From NCBI RefSeq assembly GCF_018977255.1, contig NW_024704742.1, forward strand, positions 13,828,001 through 13,892,000: 64,000 bases of DNA, given 5' to 3'. Every line of letters begins with the position of its first letter. Position 1 is the first letter of the stretch. Below the pieces are notes generated by a model. The model made no database searches, was not told the origin of the DNA, and was given only the letters and a program-made list of their open reading frames with translations. Source of the DNA: Callorhinchus milii (Eukaryota). Below are positions 12,251 to 25,030 of this stretch, one piece after another. Made by a program: the position numbers and the translations under genes.

Positions 12251-13756
12251 CCCAAGAGATTAATAATTATATTAGAACCAGATAATTTATTTATGGTTTC
12301 TTAAGGTGTTTTACATTTGCTCAATTGCCAGTTTGTGTCACTGGCTATAATTCTACTTGCTTGGCTATTTCCTTTTTCAACACATAAAATTTTGATTGTT
12401 ATGTGCTCCAGAAGCACCAGAATCAGTGCAAGTTGTTTTGTTAGTCATCGGTGTTGTGAACACTCCTGATTTAACAGTATTCAGAGTTATCCAAATGTTT
12501 AACAGCAACCAACAAGCCTTGTGAATCAACCAACAAACCTTGCAAGGAATAACACAACACAGTATCAGTGACATAACTGGCCGAAAAGTATAACAAGATT
12601 ACTTTTTGCAGAATAAAAATTGTGATTTTGATGTCAGTCAAATGAATGCCATTTTATATATTACACGCCACCAAAATCTATGACAAAAGAACTTGAATTC
12701 TATATTCTGTACATTTTTATATATTTTTTGGAATGTTCTGACAAAGGATTAATCAATCTCAAAAGTTAAAAGCAACATGAATTATTGACCATATTTTTGA
12801 AAATTGTAATTTTGAAAAAAAATCAACTTAGTTGTAGATTTCTAAATGGCATTTTTTCAGTCATCAATCAATCTTCATGCTGGAAAAACATTTATTTAGA
12901 GAGAAAATGTCACTGACATGAAACCTTTTATCCTTCCTGCGTTTACCATTCAACATTACACATCGAAAGGTAATGGACAAGTGAGAGAAAGAATTGTAGG
13001 ACCCTTTCATGGATTGATGTCCAGAACCAGCCTATTTAGTACCTATTTAGTAGATCTGCCAAGTTACACTTTCCAGCAACAGTCACTGGGGTTCTGTGAA
13101 AATATACTTTTTCTGTGTGTCTCTCAGTGAAATAAATAACCTCAGATTTATTATATTAATAGGTTTTCTATCAGTCACTGTCTCTCTTTTTCTCCCCTTT
13201 CTCCTAATTTTTTTTTGAATCTGATGGTTTGGCCTCAGGATTAGCTAAACTAGTTAATTGAGTCCTCTGTAAAGCCTAGAACTGTGGTGTTCTTTCTTCA
13301 TTGGTGATAGCTTACGACCCAACCCCCATTGGTGTCTGACTGGTAGTGGGGTGTTTCTTGAGACAAGTGGCAATGGAAACAGAAGAGCCACAAAATAAAA
13401 AGGCAGATGTGAATAAAATACAAGTTATAAAAGTTTGAATAATCATTTTTGAAATCAGGAACAAAAATAATCTGAACTTTAAGAACGTTTTATTTTTGAT
13501 GTTATAAATCATTTACAGTTTTGATCCATTTATTCTTGCAATGCTTGAAATCCTTATTTTAAGGAAATGATTTTGTATGAAATAATCCATATAAATCTCC
13601 TCGGCTGCCTCTCCAGCTGCAGTGTCTACCATAGTTCCTGCTGAGGTGCTTGCAGCAGGATACTGAGCAACACAGCGCTAAAGTTATTTCCTTAATTCTG
13701 TGGTGTGCAGCAGACAAGCCCTCTTGTCTTTAGAAGGAAGGTCCTAAGTAGAATTT

Positions 13757-13993
13757 AATAATAATCTTTGCATTTGATATAGACATTCATGGATTCAGTG
13801 ATTTTTTTTGAAGGATTATTATCCCTGGAAAGTGATCTGCCAATCGTCTAACAACCGGGTTCCTACTTACTGCTAGGTAAACAAAAGTGCATGGAATAAG
13901 AAACTTGCCTAATCTTTTGCCCTGCCGGGGAATTGAATCCGTGTCCTCTCGCTTGCGAGGTGAGTGCTTAACCATTACGTTATAGGACTCCAT
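13757..13993 (-). mobile_element. tRNA SINE, long variant, internally deleted
   Basis: Head (ggactcca...gaattgaatcc) plus the ~60-bp segment 'tttacctagcagtaagtaggaacccgg'. Deu domain mostly missing. Confidence 0.8.
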
Positions 13994-14864
13994 TTGAGAT
14001 CCTAAGTAATAGTTGAGGGCACTTGTAGCCTTTGCTACACTGGTGGTGCAGTCGTATTGACTCAATCTGCAGGCCTTTGTGGAGGAGAAGGCACATCTCA
14101 GTCACCTTGATTAGTTTCAGCTCCATCACGTTACGTCCAGGTAGCTGACATTAGATTCACTGCCTGTGGTAGTTGCTTTGAGTCATTTGCTTTCAGTTAT
14201 CATCTGCACTTCCAGACCAGTCTCTCCTTCTCTTCCTACTGATTTACTGAGATATACCTGTCAACAACTGCCACACCCATGCACTCAGGCACAAATCCCC
14301 TCAGTTATTCACTGCTCTCCCTGCTGTGGTGGTAATTCGACATTCTTCCAATTCATTCCTCAGTGACTATAGATCTGACCCAAGTTAAATATTCACTTTT
14401 CAAAGTGTTTCTCAGCAGTGTAACGCTGAAAGAGTCTTCCTGCATCTTTATTTTATGTTTTTCACTCTTTCCTTTCCAAGTCCCACACCTACCTCAAGAG
14501 ATACCCCATGGCATGTAGGTAATGCTCAGTTTTCGATCATTTTAACACAATCTTACCAGATGAATTGGCCTCTATTTTACCCTTTCACTAAAGGATTTTA
14601 GCTTCAGTTGCTGAGGGCAAGTATGCTGAGCGTAGCGCTGAATAGAAATGATATGCTGTCATCTCCTGACCTTTTGCTTGCTTGTACACATCTAGGTTTT
14701 TGCTAACATTTGCTTGCCCATGAATATCATGGCCCATAGGAAGAAGAATAAATTGGTATGACGGGCTTTCAGGAAAGTAAAGTACCAGAATTTAAATGAC
14801 AAAGGTCTAACTAAGAAGTGAAAACGGTTTCTTAATAATATATTATTTCTTAAAAATATAACCT

Positions 14865-15256
14865 GTGCACAATTGCCTACTGAGTTTCACCCACAAACTA
14901 CAGTCAATCCACTGTACAATATATTCTGTGAAGCTTTTAGAGATGTCTCAACAAGGTAATAAGAAGCTATATCAAATGCAAAGATTATTCCAGGCAGGGC
15001 GAAACCTTGGGAAAGTTTCCTTACTCCACACACCTAATAATAATCCCTCCAAAACCAAAAACAATAATAAAAAAAATTGGTCATTTTCAATCTATGACTG
15101 TTTGTGGGACATTGCTGTGCGCAATTGGCTGCCGTGTTTGCCCACAAATATACAGTCAATTCACTTTACAGTGTGTTCTGTGAAGCGCTTTGGGACGTCC
15201 TTCCGACGTGAAAAGCGCTATATCAAATGCAAGGATTATTATTATTATTATTGTTA
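14865..15256 (+). mobile_element. Old SINE tail followed directly by a 5'-truncated young SINE
   Basis: Old tail ends gcaaagattat at ~14987. The young copy starts ttccaggcagggcg and ends in (ATT)n. Confidence 0.9.
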
Positions 15257-16469
15257 ATTATGAAGATTGCAGTTTCACCCTATGTATTTGCTAAAACTCA
15301 GGAATGTGTTACTGATCTTCCACTCATTTCTTTTCAGAATATGGATCATTTTAAATTTAGTCATGGGAAATGGGTTAAGGTATAAGACAGAGAAATGGGT
15401 AAATGGGTAAAGCTGTAACTTTAGGAAATGTGTAAGCTGGGAAAACAGTGAATTTTTTTTCCTTTCAACTGATGCACAGGCTGTAAAGTAAGGAAGGATT
15501 AATTCCCCTTGTGAATGAATGGAACTGGGTACCCAGGATACAAAAATAAAATTAGTAATATAGCCTAAGGCTTATAGCACGTCACATAATAATACGTACA
15601 GAGTACAAACACATAGGAGCAGGTAGACTGATTACAGGGTCCAGAAAGATTAGGTATCAATTACTGATGATACTCTGAAAATCAATTAAGAGTTCAGAAG
15701 ATGATGGGAGATACATTATGTGTCAGTATGTTCCATTAACAAAGGGTCTAAGCTCTTTATTTTAAGGACTTGTAAATCAATATACGAATAGCAGATAAAC
15801 CTTCTGAGGTGAAGAAGGTGTTACAGACAATCTGAACTATCAAAAGTAGCAGCATTTTAAGTGGCCCCCACAAGGGTCACATGCTGATCCTAAATCTGTT
15901 CCCTCAACTAGTGTTTAATCAAGGACTATTTTTCATGCAATAGGAGCCATCGTGGTTCTCAGGTATTCTTTAAAAATATATTTTTGTTACTAAGCCTGTC
16001 TGTGGTCAATATGTAAAGCCCCTTTTCTGTAATTTACGTGAATTTGTAACTCATAGTAATCAGGTCACAGAAGTTGCTCATTGTTTGATCCATGTGAAAT
16101 GGATGGTAGGTAATTGTCAGGAGCTGAGCATCTCTACCTAATACTAGCAGATTGTTTAGATTATTGACCACTGACTGTAGGAAAAATGAGATCATAGCAC
16201 AATGATTTCTGTCAGTTGCAGAAAAGGCCTTTGACCAGGAAGGGTGATTGTATCAAAGATGTGCGAAGACTTTTATGTGTTTGTAGAAAAAATGAGACCA
16301 TTGATTTCTGTAATTCACATTCTGAACATGCCTTTGACCAGGAAGGGTGATTGTATCTCAGATGCTTTATATTTGGGGAGAACTTTTCTGTGGTTTGATC
16401 CTGATCCCATGCTTGAGCCTGAGACTGACACCAGAACTTGTTTTCTCCCCTTTTTAATTAAATGTGAAG

Positions 16470-16680
16470 CTCAGCAATACAGAGCAGAGCTAGGTCAAGC
16501 CTCTGCCAGTACTGATCTCAACCTTGATGGCAGCAAGACACCGAGTATCCTCTGAGGCCCAGGGCTACAGAGGAAAAATATAGTCAGGGTTCCTGCTTCT
16601 GATCACTTTTTAGTAATTCCTGCTGAGAAATGAGTGTCAGCTGAGAACAGGATGGACTGTTATGGCCCTTTGGTTAATGC
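16470..16680 (+). mobile_element. Ancient SINE fragment, tentatively AmnSINE2-like
   Basis: Motif gaggaaaaat..cagggttcctgcttctgatcact..agtaattcctgctg. Related 3' parts at 18680-18860 and 58668-58782. Family name is from recall and unverified. Confidence 0.45.
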
Positions 16681-18129
16681 TGCACATAATGTATAATAAT
16701 AATATATTTATTTATATCTCTGAGCCGTGCAGAATTCTACTAGTTTTATTGAGCAAAACAATAGAAAGTACAGTATATTTTAATTGGGTGCTTAAAAAAA
16801 GGAACCGATTCCAAGGGTACATATATATACATGTTTAAAAATAAACATAGGATAGGTACTTTAATTATCATGCTGTCTGTGTGGATTCACGGAAAACATT
16901 ATTCACAAAAGGTTAATTAGTTCATGAATTAAAGATACCATTAAGCCACCTGAACTCATTAATGGTGCAATTAAAGGTGTTTATTCTATTAATAATGTGT
17001 TGATCAGAGTAAATATGAATTTTCTGTGTATGTGAAATACTGTTTTTTTCCATTTGTTTGAAAGAGCGCTACCAAAATTAAAACAAAAACATCCCCAATC
17101 ATTGTTTGAGATCTCTTACAAGGATTCATAGTGACAACTAGTGACTGACAGTCCAATTTACCAACAGAATCACAGAAATTCGGTGGCTCAATTTGATATT
17201 TGATGGATCAGAGAGGCAAAGATTCCAGTGGTAGAAGAAACAGCATTAACATTTTGGTCTAACACAGGTTTAGGGATTTAAGTGTCTCCTGACATTGTTA
17301 TTCATTCACAGGAAGCATTACTAGTTTTTGAATTTAAAGCTCAAGATTTTTATATTTGGATCCCAGATACCTGGGACTGTGGTGATGTGTCACATTGTGC
17401 TGCATTCCAGAAATACGATTGTAGCATTCTGGAATTAAATGATATCCAGTTACATTTACTGCATTGCTTATCACAGCTGGGTGGATATGAATATGGTACT
17501 AAAATATGCATTACAACCCAACATAAAATTACAAGATGTTCAATTCCATTTCACTAACCATATAGAAGTAACAGATATAGGACAAAATGAGGAGCATGAT
17601 AAGTCAATTGCAAAAGTAATAGTCTTAGCACTGAATTGCATTGAAATCGCGTTTCTGTTGAATAATGGTGATAAAATAATAGCCTTTTTTAAGACAATAA
17701 CTGGATTTAGAAGGTTACATTTTGTAACCTCTACATTTTACTTTTGATAGTTTCCACCCACTATGGTGATCTTTGATATTCATTGGCATGGTATTGAAAT
17801 ATTCCCAAAGAGATGTTGTATGTAGCTTAGTTCTGAAGAAGACCTCAGTTAGAAAATTCATTAATGTATTGATTCAAAACCATTAAGATTCTAAAGGTGA
17901 GATCATGCCACATTTTCAAAGTAAATTCTCTCCATGTTGCAATGGCCTTTCAGTACCAAAGCAAAAAAAGAAAACTGTTTGGGGAAACAAATGTGAGAGA
18001 GCATTTATTGATGTGCAACCTGTATTTGAAAAACAAAATATGGCATTTGCACATCAGCACTAATTTCTGCTTCCCATTTGCAACTGGAATTACAAATGAA
18101 ATCCACTAAAAAATTACAATTCTGAAGAT

Positions 18130-18615
18130 TCATGCTTCCTTTCTGACTGATTTCCCCAGCTCAACCACCCATAAAATCCAACTGATTCAATACACCACTT
18201 CCCGCATTCTCACCCATACCAAACTCCCCCACCACCGCCCCAAACCCTGCCAGGCTCTATTGACTCCTTCTTGTAGAATGGATCGATTTCAAGATCCTAA
18301 CACTTACTTGAAAATTACTTCACTCCCAAGCACCTCCCTACATCTCCAACTTGCTTAATCCAAATTCCCCTACCCACCCTCTTCACTCAGCTGTCTTCTA
18401 TATGTTCCTCATCCCTCTGTTCCACCATCGGCGGCCGTACTTTCAGCCTCTACACCCCAAAACTATGGAACTCTGCCTTGCCCCCTCCTTGCCCATCTTC
18501 AGATTGCATCTGAAGATGCTTTCTCTTTGACCGTGCTTACTGTCACCTACCCTCGCAACATCAAGGGCTCCGAAATGCTACTTGTACAAAAGGCATTATA
18601 TAAAAGCAAGTTTGC
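18130..18615 (+). mobile_element. L2 LINE 3' fragment (degenerate ORF2 end + tail)
   Basis: ggatcgatttcaagatcc (RIDFKI) and tccaccatcggcggccgtactttcagc, homologous to 63300-63680. Confidence 0.8.
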
Positions 18616-19794
18616 ATAGGCAAAAATAGCAACTAATCACCAGAGATCCATGATCTTGACTGCTCTCCTAAACTCTCTGCCATGAGGACCAGGTGTTTTC
18701 TGTGATGCTTCTCCACAGTCAAATAGCAAGTTTAAACTCTCCTCCTACGCTTGCATGGAAAGAACCTGTACTTGGGTGAATTCCAAGTATTTCTGGAACA
18801 ATGCCTCAGCAGGACATGCCTGGATTCTGTGGAGAAGAGGAGGAAAAAATGGGAGAATCAGAAACATGCCAGCCTGTCCATTTATTCATCAGTTAAACAG
18901 CCTATTTACAATTAAATAATATTGGTGCTGCTATTATTTGCCTTGAGGCTAGAAATCCTCCGTAATTAAGTCATTGCTGGCACCCGGTGTTCATCGCATG
19001 TTGGACATTTAATTGGAGAAAACTCACCAAGGTTTCCTGCTATGTTCAGCCAACAGGACACTTCTAATGCCTGTTATCTCAGTATGTATCGCTTGGCCTG
19101 ATGGTTATTATCGCAGCAGATGGTGGAAGGATTTTGTTCCCTGTCCCAGCGGTGCTTGCTGTTGGAACATTAGGATGTAGCTTCACAGATTTACTGCAAA
19201 ACTGGTTTGTCCTTTGAGCTGCATGATATCTCTGCTTTTATCAGTCTGAAAATTAATCTTAGCAGAAGCACTCCACTCACTTAATGTATGCTGCTTATCA
19301 AAACCTCATGATTACCGTTAGATTTATCATCCTCCAAAAATGCTTTTTTCTTGAGCAGTTTCTAATGGATCCTGTGTGTTTGTGTTTTAACACACAAATG
19401 TACATGTTTCATTAAGATCTCCTCAATGACATCTGAGAAAAGTAACCACATTGCACAAGCTGGTTCTACAAATCTTACTTTTTTACAATGTCAGGACATT
19501 CAATTTTTTTAATATAATTACACTTGTGATTTTGGCTCAAGGTTTTACTTGATTTTGAAAAAAAAATGTCATTTCAAATTAGTTTCTTTAAAAAGTGGCT
19601 GAGGGCATCAACAATTTGTTTTCAAGGCTGGCTGAAGTTCTTGGCAAAGCTCATTTTATGTTAGAAGACCGCAGAGGTTTGGATGAATGTTTAGTCCCTC
19701 ACAGCATGTGCATCTTGAAGATTACAAATCAAAAGACAATTTTGGTTTGTGAAACCATTCGCAGGCAGTGAGACAAATTTCTTTCAGATCTGGG

Positions 19795-20110
19795 CAAAAT
19801 GTTGGGTAAGTTTCCTTACATGGCTTTTGTTTATCTAGTAGTAAGTAGGAACCCGGTTGTTGGTCGATTGGCAGATTGCTTTTTCGGGGTAATAATCCCT
19901 TAAACAACAAATAAATAATAAATATAATAATAATTTGATCAATCAATCCATGACTGTTTGTGGGACACTGCTGTGCGCAATTGGCTACCGTGTTTCGCCC
20001 ACAAAATATACAGTCAATTCACTCTACAGTATATTCTGTGAAGCGTTTTGAGTGATCCAGAAGAAGTGATACGGCTATATCAAATGCAAGAATTATTATT
20101 ATATTATAAT
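19795..20110 (+). mobile_element. tRNA SINE, long variant, 5'-truncated
   Basis: CORE-like segment, ~60-bp long-variant segment, Deu-like domain and tail. Confidence 0.85.
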
Positions 20111-21289
20111 TGTATCTACAGTTCAGCAAATACTTAAATAGAGCCTTAACTTTGAGGTCGGTTTTCTTTAAATTTGTTCAAGAACTTCACAAAAAAGGCT
20201 TCAAAGTTAATACTGAATTCAACAATTTGCTAAATCCTAAACACTCTAAAATGCTACATTGATAGAATAAATTTAGACGCAGATGGAATTTCTCCTACTG
20301 AGTAGTGAATTGTCTAATATTCTGATTAATTCGCTAATGTTACAGAATTTGTCGCTGTGTACTTATAAAGAACTGCATTGCGATATTACATGTCTAATTT
20401 CATTAACACTGAGTGAATGGAGCAGAATAATACCATATGTGAATAGAAAAAAGTCCCTTTGGGCCACTGGAGCTATTCATAACATCAGAGGTTTCTCAAA
20501 AATAATAAATGTTAAACATCAAGGAAACTATTGATGCTGAATGTTCTTAATCATACCTTAAGAAGGCGGCACAGCCGGCACAGACACCATGGCCCGAATG
20601 GCCTCCTTCTGTGCTGTCTAATTCTATGATTCTACCTTTTGTTGTTGTGGAGGTTGTCCATTGTCTCGTACGTTTTGCTCAAGAATACTGCAGACTGAGG
20701 TCTTGCTGCCTTGAAAGCATTGTTATGCCCTAAGGCAACAGCAGCTGCAATTCATAATCAGAGCACCTACATTGCAATGTGTGCCCTACCTGAAACTTCA
20801 ACCAAGGATCCAGAAAGGATGTTTTGAATGCAAAGTTCATTTTGAGTTTGATGCATACCACGTGACAGATGGCATTATCCTGTTCTTTACAGGGCAGTTA
20901 AAAGGAACCTGCTCAGAGGACATGAATCAATTGATTAAAGCGATTAAAGTAATCGAAGTTCTGGTGAAAGGTCAACCTGTATTCTACCTTTTGCAAAAAA
21001 AAAGTTAAGAAAATGAATGGAACTGAGATGAGCAGTTGGTGTAATAGTTTGGAAAGACAGCTGCAGCTTTATTAAAGTCTTAACCCTTACCCTTTTTCCC
21101 CTTAACCCATAGAGCGCCTATTGAGATGTTTGTTTCTGTAGGCCAACCTGTTCCATACATTTTCAGCTTGAATACTGCAACACTGAGAAAATAAAAATGT
21201 TACAGTAAGGAAACTATTCAATTATATAAGTAGTTTTACCATTGTAATATTAAATCATAGTTATACTCTTGTAATATTAAACTATAGTT

Positions 21290-21690
21290 TACAACGACAA
21301 CAAATTACGTTTGTATAGCACCTTTCACATCGGGAAGACGTCCTAAGACACTGGACAGTCAGGGATTTGAACCCAAGCTGCGGGTTGGGATCAGGAGGGG
21401 TAGAGGCAAGGAAGGTAAAAGGGTGACCGAAGGTTGAAGAGAAGGGTCTTGAGACATGCCTCGAAAGGGGCAAGGGAGGCAGCAAGGTGAAGGAACTGTG
21501 GGTTAGAGTTCCAAACAATGGGGTCAGAGAGGCTGAAGGTCCGACCACTGAGGGAGCGGACAAGTTGATATGGCGTTAGCAATTCAGAGAGGTAGGAAGG
21601 AGTAAGGCCATGGAGGGCTTTGCAGGTGATGACAAGGATTTTGAACTTTATCCTCTAGGAGATGGGGAGCCAGGTGGGAGTGGGGGATAG
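21290..21690 (-). mobile_element. L2 LINE 3' fragment
   Basis: (CAA)n-like tail, cctttcacatcgggaagacgtcc; homologous to 34354-34838. Confidence 0.8.
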
Positions 21691-24649
21691 AATGATCGAC
21701 TGTGACAAATGGCAGGAGAGAGATCAAGTAGGACAAGGAGACAGAGGGAGCCCTGGTGACAGATGGACAACTTTCTTCAAACCATTTCAAATGTTAGAAA
21801 AATTAGTTTTCTAACTTTCCTCTTTCAGCTCTTGACTTCAACTTTTGATAATAAAAGCCATTTCTTCTGAAGATACTGACTTGTGTGATCATACAGATCA
21901 ATTATACGATCTCTGATATCTCGGCAAAGTGATCATTCTTAATGTGCATCTCCAAATAATGATTGTCACTTCACTCTTCAACCATGGGGCTATCATAGCC
22001 AGGCAGACTTTCAGCCAATCATCCTGATTTCCATACATTCTAATTCAGAGCAGGAATCATTCAGTAACTATGAGGACGATTATTTGTTTTCTTATTTTCC
22101 AATTATGTTTCAGAGTCCCATTGGAATGATCCTTTTGCAGTTGTGATTCAGACCAGCTAAAAATTCAATACAGTGTAATAATTGGAAATAACCCCAGAAA
22201 ATAACTCTTAAGAACTATTACATTTATATATTCAATGTAAAATTTCAGTTATTGTAGCTCTGCCAGTGACTAAGGTTGTTCTGCTTGTGATCTTGTGCAA
22301 GGTATTGCAGCACTGTGCTGTTGAATTGGTACGTGACTGCAGGTACAGTAGTAAATTACTACAGTACGTTGTTAAACACTGATATTCCACAGACATTTGA
22401 TATTGTGCCTTATCGTGTCATTGAAATATCTCAAAATGCTTCACAAGATTTTTTTTTGGAATGTCAGCCTTGAGAGTGCGAGCATGAAGTCCTGTTGTGA
22501 GGCTTGAATTCTCAATCTCCTATTAGGTGAGAGTGCTACCAAGTGGGCCCTGCTGATAAAGAAATGCTTCTTAAAGACAACTTATCTTGCCCTCTCCTTT
22601 TTTGTGGATATATTAGAATCTCTTATGAATCAGACTGAAAGCAGAGTTTAATTCATCAAACTCATTTGAACTGATCCTTGAACATTTCTTGCTTTTGCAA
22701 TAAATCTTAATTTGCTATTACACATATACACATAATTATCTTTTAATGTCACACAGTGCCTGGTACATTTTAATTAGCAATGTCTTGCTAGATTATATTC
22801 TGCAATATACAGTCTGAAAGGAACATATAAATCACAATCTGATTTTACACCTCGTGCATCTATATTTTACTAACTAATTGGTACCCCTCAAGATACCAGC
22901 TACATGCATACATTTCCATATTGTCATTCCACAATTCAGATCTGAATCATGGAGGAGTGAGGTTGGTTAGAAGATGTGCAAGTTCATCTATTTGGAAATT
23001 GATCTGATGCAGAACTTTACCTGGGGTAGAGTTTAGGACAATGGTTGACTTTACATGGTTTACGGAAGGAATGGGTTTAATCGTTTGAATAGTATTAAAT
23101 CCACAGACCATGCAGTTAAGAATGCTTCTGTCTTATTGTCTTATGTCCTGTACTTGGGAAAAGTAGATTAAGAAGATGGTCAATAATCCAGGAGACTGAC
23201 CTCGGCATTTTAAACACTTTTAAAGATCATGAAGAACTGGATTCTGTTTTTTCATAATGATGCTCAATGTGTATAACTATATTATGTTTAATACTTAAAT
23301 ATTAATAGTACATCTCAAGACTTATCTCTTTCCTGACACATTTTAGGTCATTTCTCCTCTCCCTAAGCCCTTTGACTTCCACCCCAGCTCAGGTGTTCAG
23401 CCACAGAGTTCAGCATTTTGAAATGTTCTGTACATGCAATCATTACCATGTTACATGATAGGAACAGGCTACATGGACCATTAAGTTTGCACTGTATTTT
23501 CTCTACATGAACCACCTAGTCTAACCTAACTCTGCTGCTTACTCTCTACGTGTGTGTATATCCCATAATGCTACTGTTTATCTTATGTGCATCACTACTG
23601 AACAATTTTAAATATATAAAACTAAAGAAATACTGAATCACAAAGCGGTGAATTCTTAAACAATCTCCAAGCATATTTTAAAATAATGTGAAAGGTTATC
23701 TCGAACTAAACCTTATATGTTATTCTGAGCAGCACTAGGGGTAAGTAGCCCTAGTTCCGTACCATACAAACTGAACTGATATGATTTGTCGTGATGCATA
23801 GCAAATATTGTTGAATTATGCATCATGAATTCTTTGATTCACCAGTAACAAAACTGTAATTTACTTCACTGCAGATGTATATTGTATAATTAAGACATAG
23901 TGTAGCGTTTATCTGGAATTAATTTCAACAATTTGATCTTGTAAAATGTTTAAACAATTGTAATCTTGTCCTCGTGTTGTTTTCAGCTTCAAGGATTGCC
24001 CTTACAAAGTCAATCAACTGTTGCCCTGTTTTCTCACTTTCCCTCTCACCGACTGTCACTCATTTTGCTTTGCTGAACAGCATTCTTACATTCTTATTCA
24101 AAATGCTGCAGTGCTCTCTCCAGATTCATCACAGAGCCAGGTACTAAAAAAACATATATTGTTACTATAGCAAGTCTCCTGTCCTCCTGATGTTTTCTAT
24201 TAGATCCATGATTGGCGCTGATTTCCAGGAGTGTTCTAGCAGTATTTAAATCTACCCACTGTGGATATTCAGAAAAAAGTTGTTGCCATGTTCATTTTTT
24301 CACAATTCATACAACACACAATGAAACCAAAGATAAGCAACATGATTTAACCTGCATAGAATCTTTAAGTGGTTATGAACAGATGTCATCAGGTCTCCCG
24401 CTTTAGCCATTCAACTCTAATGGCCAAAGGGACCTGGCTCTATTGGTATGCTAAGGGCTTTGTTAGGAGACCATGTTCCTGCCAGACATTTACATGATAT
24501 AGACTGTCAGCTCAGCAACAGTAAGGCCTACAAAATCTTTAGCTCTGTTAGAATAGACAAACAATTCTTGCATTTCATATAGCACCCTATTACATGGGGT
24601 GGTTTTCTCAACCGCAAAGCGTGTCATAGGGTTTACAGCTGGATTTATA

Positions 24650-25030
24650 CTTCCGTGCCCGGCTGCACTGGCTCCCCCAGCATACTGAGTTCATGTTCCT
24701 CACCCTAACCTTTAAATTCCTCCTTAGTCTTGCCCCACGTTACCTCTGTCACGTCCTCAACACCTACAAATCCGGTCACTTCCTCCACTCCACTGAGCAC
24801 CGCCTGTTTCACGTCCCTCTGCCCTACTCACCAGTGTCGGGCTCTCAGCATACCTGCCCCAATCTCTGGAACTCCATCAGGAGTCTCTTCGACTCGCTCC
24901 TTCAAGGTCCGCTTCAAGACATTCCACTTTGATTACACTTTTGTCCATTTTCCCCCTGCGCTCCCACCCCCAACTCTGATGCTGTCCTGGTGGTCCTCCT
25001 GATGTAAAAGACACTGTATAAATTTAACTT
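24650..25030 (+). mobile_element. L2 LINE 3' fragment
   Basis: ctgcactggctccc (LHWLP)...ctctggaactcc...tail. Confidence 0.75.

Noticed and set aside
17828..17865. AGTTCTGAAGAAG...GAAA hammerhead-like string
   Set aside because: No stem II, no ACGT palindrome, and no flanking family homology.
19022..19200. Minus-strand exon-like segment (ttttgcag ... TTG|GTGAGT, 166 nt)
   Set aside because: Stops in all three frames and a weak pyrimidine tract; a non-coding exon cannot be supported from sequence alone.
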